A DNA stretch of 34,692 bases from Octopus bimaculoides (Eukaryota), in NCBI RefSeq assembly GCF_001194135.2, contig NC_068983.1, positions 148,211,667 to 148,246,358 on the forward strand, read 5' to 3'. Positions 23,282 to 34,692 of the stretch are shown piece by piece. The notes beneath the pieces were generated by a model. It was not told the DNA's origin, did not search any database, and saw only the letters and a list, made by a program, of their open reading frames with translations. Numbering within the stretch: the stretch's first letter is position 1; the number at the start of each line of letters is the position of its first letter. The position numbers and the translations under genes are program-made.

Positions 23282-23317
<36 letters not shown>

Positions 23318-24337
23318 TACATACTCGTATGTATATTACTCATTTCCCCGTTTAGGAATACATTCTTCACAAGCAGGGATCTCCTAATGGAAGATATACG
23401 AACTCTCAGACCTATATTTACTAAAGCATAATGCAATTCCTTCCAGCAATGCATATTTAAAATTTTTAGTAGATAACTCCTGATAAATAGAAACAAGATG
23501 GAAATAATATTTCTTCGATAACTCAATTGATGCCACTGGTCATGACAAATTCTGCTTTAGGAGTAGAAATTGCACCTCCACGTAGCAAATTATGGGGGAA
23601 CTTCGCGAGCATGTTATTTGAGATGAAAATAGATTTCATTCACATGTGATCATATTATTTTAAATCGTGGCAAAACACTAGAAAACAAAATCAGTAGAGA
23701 GAAACTCGGAAAATATTTGTTCATGACAAAATATGTCTATGAAACTGCCATACCAACAGTCACCATATTTCTTTCAAACATTAAAATACATAGAAACACA
23801 CACAAGTACGTATAAGAATATTAATAAAGCACAAACATATATTTACCTAACTGAAGATACGTGATCAATCCAATATTAATAGCACATAAACTTCAAATAA
23901 TATTTAAAGGCCGCAAACGATGACTTTCGAGCTGACCCTAAAGTGTAGGCTTAGTTTCAGTAAGTGATCGAAGTGCGAAGTAGTTTATGAGCATTTTTGC
24001 GACGTGATTATCGTAAAACAACTTTCAGGGATGAAAAAGGGAAAAGAGCTCTAGTTTAAAACCCACATGACGAATTGTAAATTATAAAATGTAAATATTT
24101 ATAAGAAATGTTTCGATCTACTATGTATCACAAGCGTAAATCTGTAATTCATAATCAAAGCTTTTAGTCGAATCGGAAAGCACTATCGTGAAACTCCGAG
24201 AGGCGACTTGAAAGATTTCAGTCTTAATTGATTATATAATTGCTATGAGCGTTCATATAGAACTGAATCATATATACCAGCGTATGCCTGGGTATGTATG
24301 TGTACGTATGTTTTATTACTTGCATCAATATACACGA

Positions 24338-24375
<38 letters not shown>

Positions 24376-24919
24376 ACATACATACATACATACATACATG
24401 CAAACATACATACATGTATTCATATGTTTGAATGTGGATACTTTCATATATTGAGAGAAACTGACAGAGAGAATGTCAGTGAGACATATTTTGTGAAACT
24501 GTCAAATTTGGTACTTTATGGAATTTCATTTTTCAGTTTCAGTTTGGTGATTGGAAACATATATTACATAATTTAAGCATTGTAAAAACTGAATATGACG
24601 GTTCTTAAAATCAATTGCTTAATAATTTAACATAAACACAGACGGATGAAAATACCTTCCATTAGCTATCATCAAAGATATTTCAGATACAACGATAGAT
24701 AAAGCAAATGATAAAATGTATAACAGTATATAGAATAGAGCTCTGGCTTATTGATGAAGAATATATTAAGAGTGAAGGGTTCCTATGAATCCACTAATAT
24801 TAGCATTCATATGTAAATCCTAAGTAAGTTATTATTCTTATCAATATATATGTACCGAATATACATTTGTGATTGAAATTTACACAAACACACAATGCTG
24901 ACGCAGAAACATACACGTA

Positions 24920-25123
24920 CACTACCACACAACCCCACCATCACCATCACCACCACCACCACCACCACCACCACCACCAAACATACATACATACACATAC
25001 ACATACATGCATACATACATACATATATACATACATACATACACATAAGTATACAGCAAGTATGCAGATATAGGAAATTGTACACACAATTATACGTGAG
25101 TACTATGTCGTCTCTTTTTCTTA

Positions 25124-25192
<69 letters not shown>

Positions 25193-25200
25193 GCAGGTGT
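24920..25200. repeat. (CAC)n, (TACA)n and (TA)n microsatellites
   Basis: Direct reading. Confidence 0.93.
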
Positions 25201-25744
25201 GTGTGTTTACATACATATATACATATGTGTATTTATATGCATATATATGCATATTTAACATATATGTATGTGCCTGTACGTCTGCATGTACCCACTCGTA
25301 TGTGCGTATGTGTATGTTCTTGCGTCTGTACGTTTACGTGTATTGGAGAACATCTATTCTTTCTTACATTCATATAAAATATTGAACCCTACCGGTTTTT
25401 TATGTGTAATATTTTGCATCTCTTATATTTTTGCCAACAATATATTTGGATTTTCGGTACAGAAATATTCCAATAATAAACTCTTATTATTCGAGTCTTG
25501 TAAACTATAATGATAAAACAGCATTAAGATTTTTTGAAAGTTAAAAAAAAGCACAATAAATCCATTCGCAATATTAAAGCTTTGATTATTGAAATGAGCG
25601 TGTGAGAGTGTGTATGTGTGTTTATGTGGTGACAGACACATAGACACACAGTAGCTAGATAGATATATAAATAGATCTAGTTTTTCCATGCTTGTGATGT
25701 TCCATGCTATACGAGAGAAGGCACTCACAAATACGCCCACATAC

Positions 25745-25766
25745 ACCCCCCCTCTCTCTCTCTCTG

Positions 25767-25825
<59 letters not shown>
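25745..25825. repeat. (CT)n/(TA)n microsatellite
   Basis: Direct reading. Confidence 0.95.
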
Positions 25826-27739
25826 CTTGTGTATATGCGTGTGTATTGGATTTCTTTGATATGCCACGTAACATCATGAACATACCTTGTGAGCTTTCAT
25901 TTATCATGAACCATTGCTCATTTTTGTTGAAACGAATTGAAACCCTTTCGGGAATATATTGAATTATGTATGATGTATATTATGCAATGAACAAATGATA
26001 CTTGGAGAAAAGGGTCAATATTGCAGTACATTATAGTAATAGGAGACTTATGAGCTGTTGAATCCATATGGAAATATCTCACAGTATTTAGTTGGTCCCT
26101 TTCCATGGAAGATTTAAATATCGCCAACTTGTACCTTGGCGTTTAGCTTTCGGGATTCGACAGAATCAATACCAAACAAATACGGGTGTTCAGTTAAAAA
26201 TACTAATTGAATTATGTATGATTTACGTTTTATTATGAAGAATTACTGCTTGAAGAAACAAGGATCACTACTGAACTGAAATGGGCACACCTCCCACCAT
26301 TAGATTCCACTGGGAGCTGCACCACTTGGAATCAATTCATAACATTTCATTAACACCGTCGAGCGAAGAGGCATAAATATTTATAAATTCTAAAATCTTC
26401 TTCGTTTCGCAAGTCTGAGAAATAAATACAGCAACATTTAAATATTTTCATTTTCAGCTTGACATTTCATAATTAGCTCGCATCAAACTTTGAGAATGGG
26501 AAATTTTTTGCAAGGAAAAGAACAATAAAACCCGGAGTTTTGTTTGACTGTCAAATTTGCAACTTTGCGAAATTATATTTGAAAATATTGGTTTCTCGAT
26601 CTAGTATTTTACAAAACTGAATACAAAATTTCTTAAAGTCAATGGTTTGACAAGTGAATGATGAAAATTATTCAGACATTTAAAGAAAAGCCTTTCACAA
26701 AATCATTCATGACATAAGGTGCATCGCTGACGTAAATGGAGTGAAATGGCTACGACAGTTAATCGGTGGCAGGTCTAACAAAAGAGCTAACTTGTCATTG
26801 GCTTTCATCTAGGCCATTAATTATTAACAGAAGGGGAATATTAAAAATTTGACTTAATCTATTTCGTTACTAGTAAGCATTTCAGCGAAGTAGCTGGAAA
26901 ATATAACTCGATTTCATTTATATTGTTTGTGCTGTATCTGTTTGGCTTGTTAGCTTTTGTTACCTTAACATTTTCCTGACTCTTGATACTCTTGAGTATT
27001 TCAATATCAGATCTAGGTGCATTAATTATATTTCTAATTAGCGTTTGCTAAGCTGGCTTCCTATTGATATCTTTACTTGAATAACACACACTGCATCAGA
27101 TATCGAATCTGCAGTAAAGACTAGAATATTCAATGAGTAAATATCTGCTTCACTTTATAACTGGGTTTTATAACTGCATTTACCATACGTATTGCTCTAC
27201 TATTTTGTTTTGAGTTGCAAATCATTGAGAGGTCATTGTGATCCCTCATTTCGGTGTATTTGGCATTAAACTACTCTGATACAACTTTTATGTTGAGATT
27301 AGCATTATTCAGAGTCTGTGTCACCCCCACCCCCACCCCTCACTGAAATCAATCTCATGTAGATCAGCGCCAGGAGCTATCTCGTTGAATGCCTCGGTTT
27401 CTGTATTTCTTGTTCTGGGTTCCACTTATAAAGTGAAGGAATGTGTTGTATCATTATTTGCTTTCTCATTTGTTCAACTATTTGCCTGAACATGTATTTG
27501 AATCAGCTGGATATGAATGCCAGTCAAAATCCTCTTCTTCATAATGTTCCTGCTAATATCAGCTAATTCATAGCTATCTATGTTTCGTTTGGTAGAGTTT
27601 TACTTACTCCAGTTTAAATAATCTAGTTTCGGCTTACATCTACGCAATGGAAAGTGCACTACAGTAAAATAGGCCTCCAGGACGTTATTGTTTTCTTATT
27701 TTGTTCATTTTCATCTTGTTTTCACTTTATCACATATAG

Positions 27740-27769
27740 GTGGTGTGCATGAAAGGTCATTATTTGGAG
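27740..27769 (+). CDS. Candidate 30-nt micro-exon: phase 1-1 (x)GVHERSLFG(D), or phase 0-0 VVCMKGHYLE
   Basis: Long polypyrimidine tract ending cacatatag, donor GAG|gtattc, and two open frames. Confidence 0.3.
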
Positions 27770-28057
27770 GTATTCTATTAATGCTTTCATGCCTTTGTCT
27801 TTCAAAGGAATCAAACGCCCGATCCGATATATATGTTCATTGCAAAGTATTTTCTATGTACTTGTGTATTGCGCTTATCAATTTATAGTGATTATAACAC
27901 ACGAGGTTACTAGGAGTAAGGAAACCATGTCTTGTTTGTCTTTTTATTCAAGTTTACTATCATCATTTTTATTATTGAATGATAATATTTCATAACAATC
28001 TATGAAACTTCTAATATCATAGTGCGTTACTCAACTTCTTCGCATGAAGTACTGTTT

Positions 28058-28102
28058 TCTTCTTCTTCTTCTTCTTCTTCTTCTTCTTCTTCTTCTTCTT
28101 CT
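28058..28102. repeat. (TTC)n microsatellite
   Basis: Direct reading. Confidence 0.97.
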
Positions 28103-28119
28103 TTGTTGTCTCTTGTAAG

Positions 28120-28560
28120 ACGAATTTAGTTTCTGCCGAGTGTACAGCGAAGATCGACGCACCACCTTCCCTTAGCAGAGAAAGAGGCTGTGTGGTGAAC
28201 CCGTCTGAAAGGTTTGAAGACAGTCACATTCCTATCTGGTCAAGCCCTCATCAATTTTTCTTCAAATATCATTTGAAGAAGAAGGTGAGGGAGGAGAGGG
28301 AGGTGCTGCTTTCTAGTGTGTGTATCCAAAGGTGGTCGATAGTGGCAAGACTGATGAAACTGAATGGATCTACTCTGAATATGCTTTTCTATGCAGGGGG
28401 AAAGAAACTGGAAGAGGGCATTTTCCCATGCTTTGGAGATGGTAGAGTAATCCGGGATTTTTGTGTGGGGTTTACCCTGGATTACTCAAAGTGGACAGCC
28501 CCACAACTGAGGATTCTATTTATTTATTTACTTTTTATTTCTCTAGTTTTTATTAGATAT
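28120..28560 (+). mobile_element. L1/Tx1-like retrotransposon ORF2 C-terminal relic plus 3' UTR
   Basis: KEAVW*TRLKGLKTVTFLSGQALINF (from 28181), frameshifting to FFKYHLKKKVREEREVLLSSVCIQRWSIVARLMKLNGSTLNML. This resembles Tx1/L1 ORF2 C-termini as I recall them. Confidence 0.55.
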
Positions 28561-28710
28561 CTTCTGTTATATCTTTTAATGCGATAGTATCTCCCCATGA
28601 TTGATATTAACCCCACATTGTTTTTTCTACAATTTGTTTTGTGCTGTAAGTCATCCTTCGATATTGTCTTCCATGTCTTGGGCCCTTGTGGCCAATAAAA
28701 GAAATCACTC

Positions 28711-28763
<53 letters not shown>

Positions 28764-28782
28764 TTATTATTATTATTATTAT
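28711..28782. repeat. (TTA)n microsatellite shared by a SINE 3' remnant and an R4 tail
   Basis: Direct reading; preceded by gcccttgtggccaataaaagaaat. Confidence 0.95.
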
Positions 28783-29150
28783 TTTGGTTTGGCTCAGGTT
28801 CAGTCTTATTCCCAATAAGATTTATCTGGGTAGCAAGTTACTACCTGTAACCTTAGGTATCCACAAGTTTTCAGTTGTCTTTCAAGTGCTTAGAAACCTC
28901 TCGAAATTTTTTGCTGTCTCTAAGAGACAACCTTTTCCTAGGAGCTCTACTAGGCATTCTATTCCAATCTCCTTCAGCCATTTGTCTATATCTGTATTTA
29001 CTGTTCCCAACGCACTAATTATTATAGACATGGCCTTTACTGTCCTCATGATCCAAATTCTTGCTATTTCAAATTTTAAGGAATTGTATTTTGGGGGTTT
29101 ATCGCCCTCTTTCTTTACAATCCTGGCCGCATTACTTGATTATTAATTTA
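28783..29150 (-). mobile_element. R4/Dong-clade non-LTR retrotransposon, 5'-truncated 3' end with (TAA)n tail
   Basis: Open minus frame SNAARIVKKEGDKPPKYNSLKFEIARIWIMRTVKAMSIIISALGTVNTDIDKWLKEIGIECLVELLGKGCLLETAKNFERFLST*, matching the RLE C-terminus (EKIEKY..L..EI.R.W....V.P..IGALG...LQK..LLGTA). A short 3' UTR then (TAA)n follows. Confidence 0.85.
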
Positions 29151-29173
29151 ATTTATAGATTCTCGAAAAAAAA

Positions 29174-29470
29174 AATGAAAGGCAATGTTAATGCTGGCGG
29201 GATTTGAACTCAGAACGTAAAACACCGTAAGGTATACCTAATGCTTTAGCGATTCTCCAAAATAATTATTTCTTTTACTCGGCACAATGGCGACAAATGA
29301 TAGAACAAAATTTATGTTTAGCAAGGTACAGCAACAAGAATTGCGAAAACGTGAGCAGTCTTTTCAATCGAACCACGTTTCTTGAGTAGGTACTTACTTT
29401 AGCAACCCATGAATAATGGAAATTAAAATAAACTGCAGCAGAATGTGAACTTAATATGCAAAGAAAAGTG
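29174..29470 (-). mobile_element. Degenerate SINE family A fragments
   Basis: atgaaaggcaatgttaatgctggcgggatttgaactcagaacgtaaa (29174-29222) is a clear match; downstream pieces are weak. Confidence 0.6.
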
Positions 29471-29681
29471 TCTAGGTATGAATAGTATTTTCCCTATTAG
29501 TACTAATGTAACCAAAAACCATAACTGCACCCGAACTTTCAATTAAATAATAATATATGAAAAATGTTACACACGATATAAAAGTTCACATGTCCCTAAA
29601 GTAAAGAGTAGAAAACAACTCGAGTTGATAATTGCAATATATTTAGATTATACTAATCAGAATCCTGTATTCATTTTCCAG

Positions 29682-29733
29682 ATGAAATAGCAAAGAAATC
29701 GAGTAAAATATTAAAAGATGGTGATTTCTGGAG
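29682..29733 (+). CDS. Candidate exon (phase 1 start): (D)EIAKKSSKILKDGDFW(R) with a GC donor, or ending at 29720 with a GT donor
   Basis: Branch-point-like tactaat plus acceptor cctgtattcattttccag. Donor options are GAG|gcaaat (29733) or ATG|gtgatt (29720). Confidence 0.3.
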
Positions 29734-29911
29734 GCAAATATATCTTAGTCGAAAGAAGTTTGCTGTCAAAGTTAGACTTAAATCGGTGTTAAATGTGATA
29801 AATTATCATTAAATTCCCAAGAGAAATGGAACTCTATAAGAACGACAGCATTGAAATACAAAGCTTGGTGAATAATTCCCTCGAAGATACTCATGCACAC
29901 ACACAAACACA

Positions 29912-29976
<65 letters not shown>

Positions 29977-30245
29977 GCTTAATCTCCGGTAGGGCTGTCT
30001 GGAAAAAGGAGTCCACTCTACGATACTTCTCACTACAACAAGGTTAATTCTAAGAGAGCTAAAGTAACGGACATACAGAGAGAAAAATAGTCCAGAGTAT
30101 TTGACTGTTACTTTAGTGACATGGGGAAGTAGAAATGCAAATTTAAACCATCGGTTTATGAACGGTCATGGAAAAACACCGAAGCAAATACTGCAGTGCA
30201 GATTAATTCACTAATCAGTCATCCATTTCGTACTTTTATACACAT

Positions 30246-30299
<54 letters not shown>

Positions 30300-30404
30300 C
30301 ACGAACACGCTCGTATATGCATATTTCCATTGGCACATACGTGCTATGCACACACACATACATATGCATACATACGGTCGTGCACACGCACTATACATGC
30401 ATTT

Positions 30405-30886
30405 AGTGGTTGTGTGGTAAGTAGCTTGCTTACCAACCACANNNNNNNNNNNNNNNNNNNNNNNNNNNNNNNNNNNNNNNNNNNNNNNNNNNNNNNNNNN
30501 NNNNNNNNNNNNNNNNNNNNNNNNNNNNNNNNNNNNNNNNNNNNNNNNNNNNNNNNNNNNNNNNNNNNNNNNNNNNNNNNNNNNNNNNNNNNNNNNNNNN
30601 NNNNNNNNNNNNNNNNNNNNNNNNNNNNNNNNNNNNNNNNNNNNNNNNNNNNNNNNNNNNNNNNNNNNNNNNNNNNNNNNNNNNNNNNNNNTATATGTAT
30701 GTGTGTTTGTGTGTCTGTGTTTGTCCCTCCACCATCGCTTGACAACCGATGCTGGTGTGTTTACGTCCCCGTAACTTAGCGGTTCGGCAAAAAAGTGACC
30801 GATAGAATAAGTACTAGGCTTCCAAAGAATAAGTCCTGGGGTCGATTTTGTCAAATGACTGAAACAAGTAAAAGAGTAAAAGAGTA
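30405..30886 (+). mobile_element. tRNA-derived SINE family B with an internal microsatellite (partly in the gap)
   Basis: Head gtggttgtgtggtaagtagcttgcttaccaaccac before the gap. Body after the gap matches the reverse complement of 33686-33890, with a deletion of about 34 bp. Tail is (aaagagta)n. Confidence 0.88.
30442..30691. other. Assembly gap (250 N) inside the SINE
   Basis: N run. Confidence 0.99.
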
Positions 30887-31244
30887 ATATATATACGAAC
30901 TTTAGGTTAGTTAAAATATATTTGTGACATATTTCAACTTCTAAAGGCAAATTCACTGCAGTTACCGCAGAGAAAACATTCTCTCTTATGGTAAAAAGAT
31001 GTAAAAATGTCGATTACTATAAAGATGTCGATTACTATAAAATCACTACCTAGGTGAATGGCTTGTCTGAATCATTCACCAAGATTGCTGGTTTCGCTCT
31101 GCAAAAGCTGTGAGGTTATGTAGTTTCGAGTCCTAAGTGAATTTCTCTTCAATGCATTTTCTCCGTTCAACCCAAACCCTAGAGAACAAGTGTGCATTAC
31201 AGTTTCCCTGGCCGACAATAGTTCGTATGATGACAGGAAGAGAG

Positions 31245-31375
31245 ACAATATTCATTTAATCAATTCCAGCACATCTGGTGGGCTTTTATAGTTAACCTCG
31301 GTGGAATGGAAGGTGAAATTTATCTCCAGCGGTATTTAAGCTGAAGAACGCAAAAAGGTTAACCACTAAACACTA
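31245..31375 (-). mobile_element. Highly degenerate SINE family A
   Basis: acctcggtggaatggaaggtgaaatttatctccagcggtatttaagctgaagaacg weakly parallels the family A core. Confidence 0.45.
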
Positions 31376-31537
31376 TCGATCCTGGGAGGAAACTTTGATT
31401 CAAGGGATAGGAATCCTTTCACTCACGAGTGAAATCTCTCTAAACCCAAAAGGAAAAAACAATCGCTTAAGCCCTATGAACAAACAGTAATCTGTATTTG
31501 TAAAACTAAACATCCCTCCGTCGTGTCTACCATATAG

Positions 31538-31580
31538 ATTTCTCATCGCTACATTAAAAGGTGCAAGAATTGACAACCAA
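31538..31580 (+). CDS. Candidate exon (phase 2 to 0): (R)FLIATLKGARIDNQ
   Basis: Branch-like ctaaac, acceptor ccctccgtcgtgtctaccatatag and donor CAA|gtgagc. Phase-compatible with 29682-29733. Confidence 0.32.
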
Positions 31581-31679
31581 GTGAGCTCAGCGCCATAATC
31601 ATTAATAAAAAAATCAGTTTAGCGAAGAAGTCTGTTTGCGTTGGTGATGTTATTGGTTTTATTGGTGTTTTGTTCTTTT

Positions 31680-32090
31680 CATGACGGTAGTTGTCGTTGC
31701 GCTTAAAGTCGTCGTGGCAGAAGTGGTAGTAATGGTAGTGTATAAAATGGTTGTGGTGTTGGTGGTGGTGGTGGTGGTGGTGGTGGTGGTGGCGGCGGTG
31801 TTCGTGGCAGTGGTCGTTTCAGTTTTCACGGAGGTGGTGGCAGCGGTGTGCGGTTGGCAACGACGACGACAAAGACGATGCATTTTTCGAAAGCAACGTT
31901 AACCAGAATTATGAGGATAAGAATGATAACAACGTCACGTGGCAATAAAAACGATGATGAATGATGATGTCTGTGATGAAGAATTCGATGAAGACTCCGC
32001 CCCCCCCCTTAAGCGACGAGTATAATGATATGATGATGATGTTTTCATTGTTGGCGTTGTTCCTACTGGTTATAAGGACAATGATAATAA

Positions 32091-32122
<32 letters not shown>

Positions 32123-32215
32123 ATGACGATGATGGCGATGATGATGATGATGATGATGATATAATTATGAGGTAATGCTGTGAGTGGTGAGGAACAGACA
32201 ATGATGATAATGATA
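31680..32215. repeat. Trinucleotide low-complexity region (GGT)n/(GCT)n/(GAT)n
   Basis: Direct reading. Confidence 0.85.
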
Positions 32216-32327
32216 ATGTTGATATCTTTTTTATATATTTTCAATTAAAATTTAACATTTTAATTATATTGAAACAGCAACAACAACAACAAAAAATGGT
32301 CTAATTTTGAATGCGTACGTTTTATGC

Positions 32328-32386
<59 letters not shown>

Positions 32387-32655
32387 TATATATATATATA
32401 CACACGTCTGTGTGCATATGTGCGTGCGTGTAAGGATGGGTGGATGTATGTATGTATGTATGTATGTATGTACGCATACATATATGCATTATATATGTAT
32501 GTATGGTGATATGGGTTGTATGTTTCAGAGCCAAAATCGATGACTGATAGTTCAAAGGCTAATTATACAAGGGAAGCAATTTAATAGATTAGTATTTTGT
32601 TGTTGCTGTTGTTGCCATTGTAAATATAATTGTGGTTGTTATTCTTATCACTATG

Positions 32656-32740
<85 letters not shown>

Positions 32741-32741
<1 letters not shown>

Positions 32742-32988
32742 TCTTATTAATAATATTGTTATTACTATTTTCATTCTTATAAATAATAAGAAACATTATT
32801 ATTATTATCATTAAAATTGATGTTGCTATGATTGTTGTTGTTGTTATTATTTTTATTATTTTTATTATTATTATTATTATTATTATTACTCTTATTAATA
32901 ATATTGTTATTACTATTTTCATTCTTATAAATAATAAGAAACATTATTATTATTATCATTAAAATTGTTGTTGCTATGATTGTTGTTG

Positions 32989-33067
<79 letters not shown>

Positions 33068-33172
33068 CATTATTACTCTTATTAATAATATTTTTATTGC
33101 TATTTTCATTCTTATAAATAATCAGAAACATTATTATTATTATCATTAAAATTGTTGTTGCTATGATTGTTG

Positions 33173-33209
<37 letters not shown>
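32741..33209. repeat. Three-copy tandem repeat with an embedded variable (ATT)n (periods 148 and 187 bp)
   Basis: The anchor ctcttattaataatatt...ttttcattcttataaataat recurs at 32741, 32889 and 33076. Confidence 0.92.
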
Positions 33210-33217
33210 CAGCACCG

Positions 33218-33218
<1 letters not shown>

Positions 33219-33283
<65 letters not shown>
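33219..33283. repeat. (GTA)n microsatellite
   Basis: Direct reading. Confidence 0.96.
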
Positions 33284-33284
<1 letters not shown>

Positions 33285-33685
33285 CGGATGTGGCAGATGT
33301 ATAGTGGCGGAGACAACGGTAGAGACAACGTTGGAGGAAGCAGTGGCAGCAACGGTAGCAACAGCAGCCTCTATCGTTTTTCTCTGTTATTGTTTTTCTT
33401 AATTCCATCATTATTGTTACTGATTTAAAACATTTTTATTTGGTTGGTTTGTTTATACAATGAGAGTCGCTTAATCTATTCTTAACAGTTTGGTTGCAGT
33501 ACTTGCTATTGTGGGTTCTACGTATTGTGGGTTCTATTTTCGTCGCTTTGAGACCGCGACCTGTTCACTGACAAAATTCTGTGCTGCATCTCTGCATCAT
33601 GTTTTTTTTTGGCCTTGACATATTCATGTCAATATTATCCCTTTTGTTGCCCCTCTCGTTGTTAATTATGTTGTCGCTGCTGTTA

Positions 33686-34033
33686 TACTCTTTTACTCTT
33701 TTACTTATTTCAGTCATTTGACTGCGGCCATGCTGGAGCACCACCTTTAGTCGAGCAAATCGACCCCGGGACTTATTCTTTGTCAGCCTAGTACTTATTC
33801 TATCGGTCTGTTTTGCCGAACCGCTTAGTGACGGGAACATAAACACACCAGCATCGGTTGTCAAGCAATGCTAGGGGGACAAATACAGACACACAAACAC
33901 ACACACACTCACGCATACACATATATATATACATATATACGACGGGCTTCTTTCAGTTTCCGTCTACCAAATCCACTCACAAGGCTTTGGTCGGCCCGAA
34001 GCTATAGTAGAAGACACTTGCCCAAGGTGCCAC
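33686..34033 (-). mobile_element. tRNA-derived SINE family B, head slightly truncated, with an internal (CA)/(TA) microsatellite
   Basis: (tactcttt)n tail, body matching 30720-30886, internal microsatellite 33890-33940, and 5' part gacgggcttctttcagtttccgtctacc...cccaaggtgccac. Confidence 0.92.
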
Positions 34034-34652
34034 CTTTTTCTTTTTCTTCATTTGTTTAATTTTGTTTCCGTGATTGTTAATTTATTTTTAGTCGCAGCAT
34101 TAGTTTGCAGAACATGTTGGTACATATATTGATCAGTATTGCTTGCCCTGTTGTTTAGGCTTCAAATGAACCCATTTCTTGCACACCTATAATCAAATGC
34201 ATTAAAATTCTGACAATTACATCTTTCCGTGTATCATATCTACATTGTCCCACGTCGCCATTTTTATTTAAAGACTGCAGATGTGATGTTGCTCGAAATT
34301 GTCTGTCATTTCCAGCAGAGTGAACAGCCACAGAAAAGCTCCTTTCTCAATTCGATATTGCTGTCACTGTTGTTGTTGTTGGTGGTGGTGGTGGTGGTGC
34401 TGCTGCTGCTGGTGCTGGTGGTGCTGGTGCTGGTGCCGTTGCTGGTATGTTGATAATGTCGTAACAGACGTTGCTGATGTTGGGATATTTTCGAAGTAAT
34501 TTTAGCGAATAATGTGGGTCTCACTGATAAAAATTTTCCATTCATATGATATCCGCTGTTCGACATTTCTTATTACTTTCCTACGCAAATTCCTATACAT
34601 ATATAGAAACATGTTACTCATGTAACTACACATACAGGCATATATGAACACG

Positions 34653-34692
<40 letters not shown>

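Noticed and set aside
27608-27658. Minus-strand exon candidate HFPLRRCKPKLDYLNW
   Set aside because: The splice signals are good but it is isolated, with no partner exons or homology; it is likely a pseudo-exon.
28601-29146. 181-aa plus-strand ORF
   Set aside because: It is the antisense read of the R4/Dong fragment plus (TTA)n.
30947-30990. Exon candidate KFTAVTAEKTFSLM
   Set aside because: It is compatible with the 29720 GT donor but not with 31538. It is kept only as an alternative with no independent support.
31007-31041. 17-bp direct duplication (a similar 14-bp one lies near 33507-33536)
   Set aside because: These are ordinary slippage-type microduplications.

Overview
This is AT-rich, microsatellite-dense eukaryotic genomic DNA with three N gaps. 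The interspersed repeats match SINE families I recall from Octopus genomes, so the window is most likely coleoid (octopus) intronic or intergenic DNA; this is an inference from recall, not a database search. There is no intact long gene, rRNA, true tRNA, CRISPR array or prokaryotic system, and almost all ORF-track entries are microsatellite read-throughs. The recognisable content is decayed transposons: two R4/Dong-type non-LTR 3' fragments, Penelope-like relics (a GIY-YIG fragment, a 3' end, degenerate hammerhead-like motifs), a truncated mariner, a Tigger/pogo relic and an L1/Tx1-like ORF2 tail. There are also more than 10 tRNA-derived SINE copies, often stacked head-to-tail. A chain of small plus-strand candidate exons of an unidentified host gene is possible but unproven. 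The most unusual local structures are a 28-bp perfect palindrome next to a 6 x 23-bp hairpin array, R4/Dong elements sitting tail-to-tail with SINE (TTA)n tails twice, and inverted SINEs bracketing candidate exons. I found no convincing new biological system.
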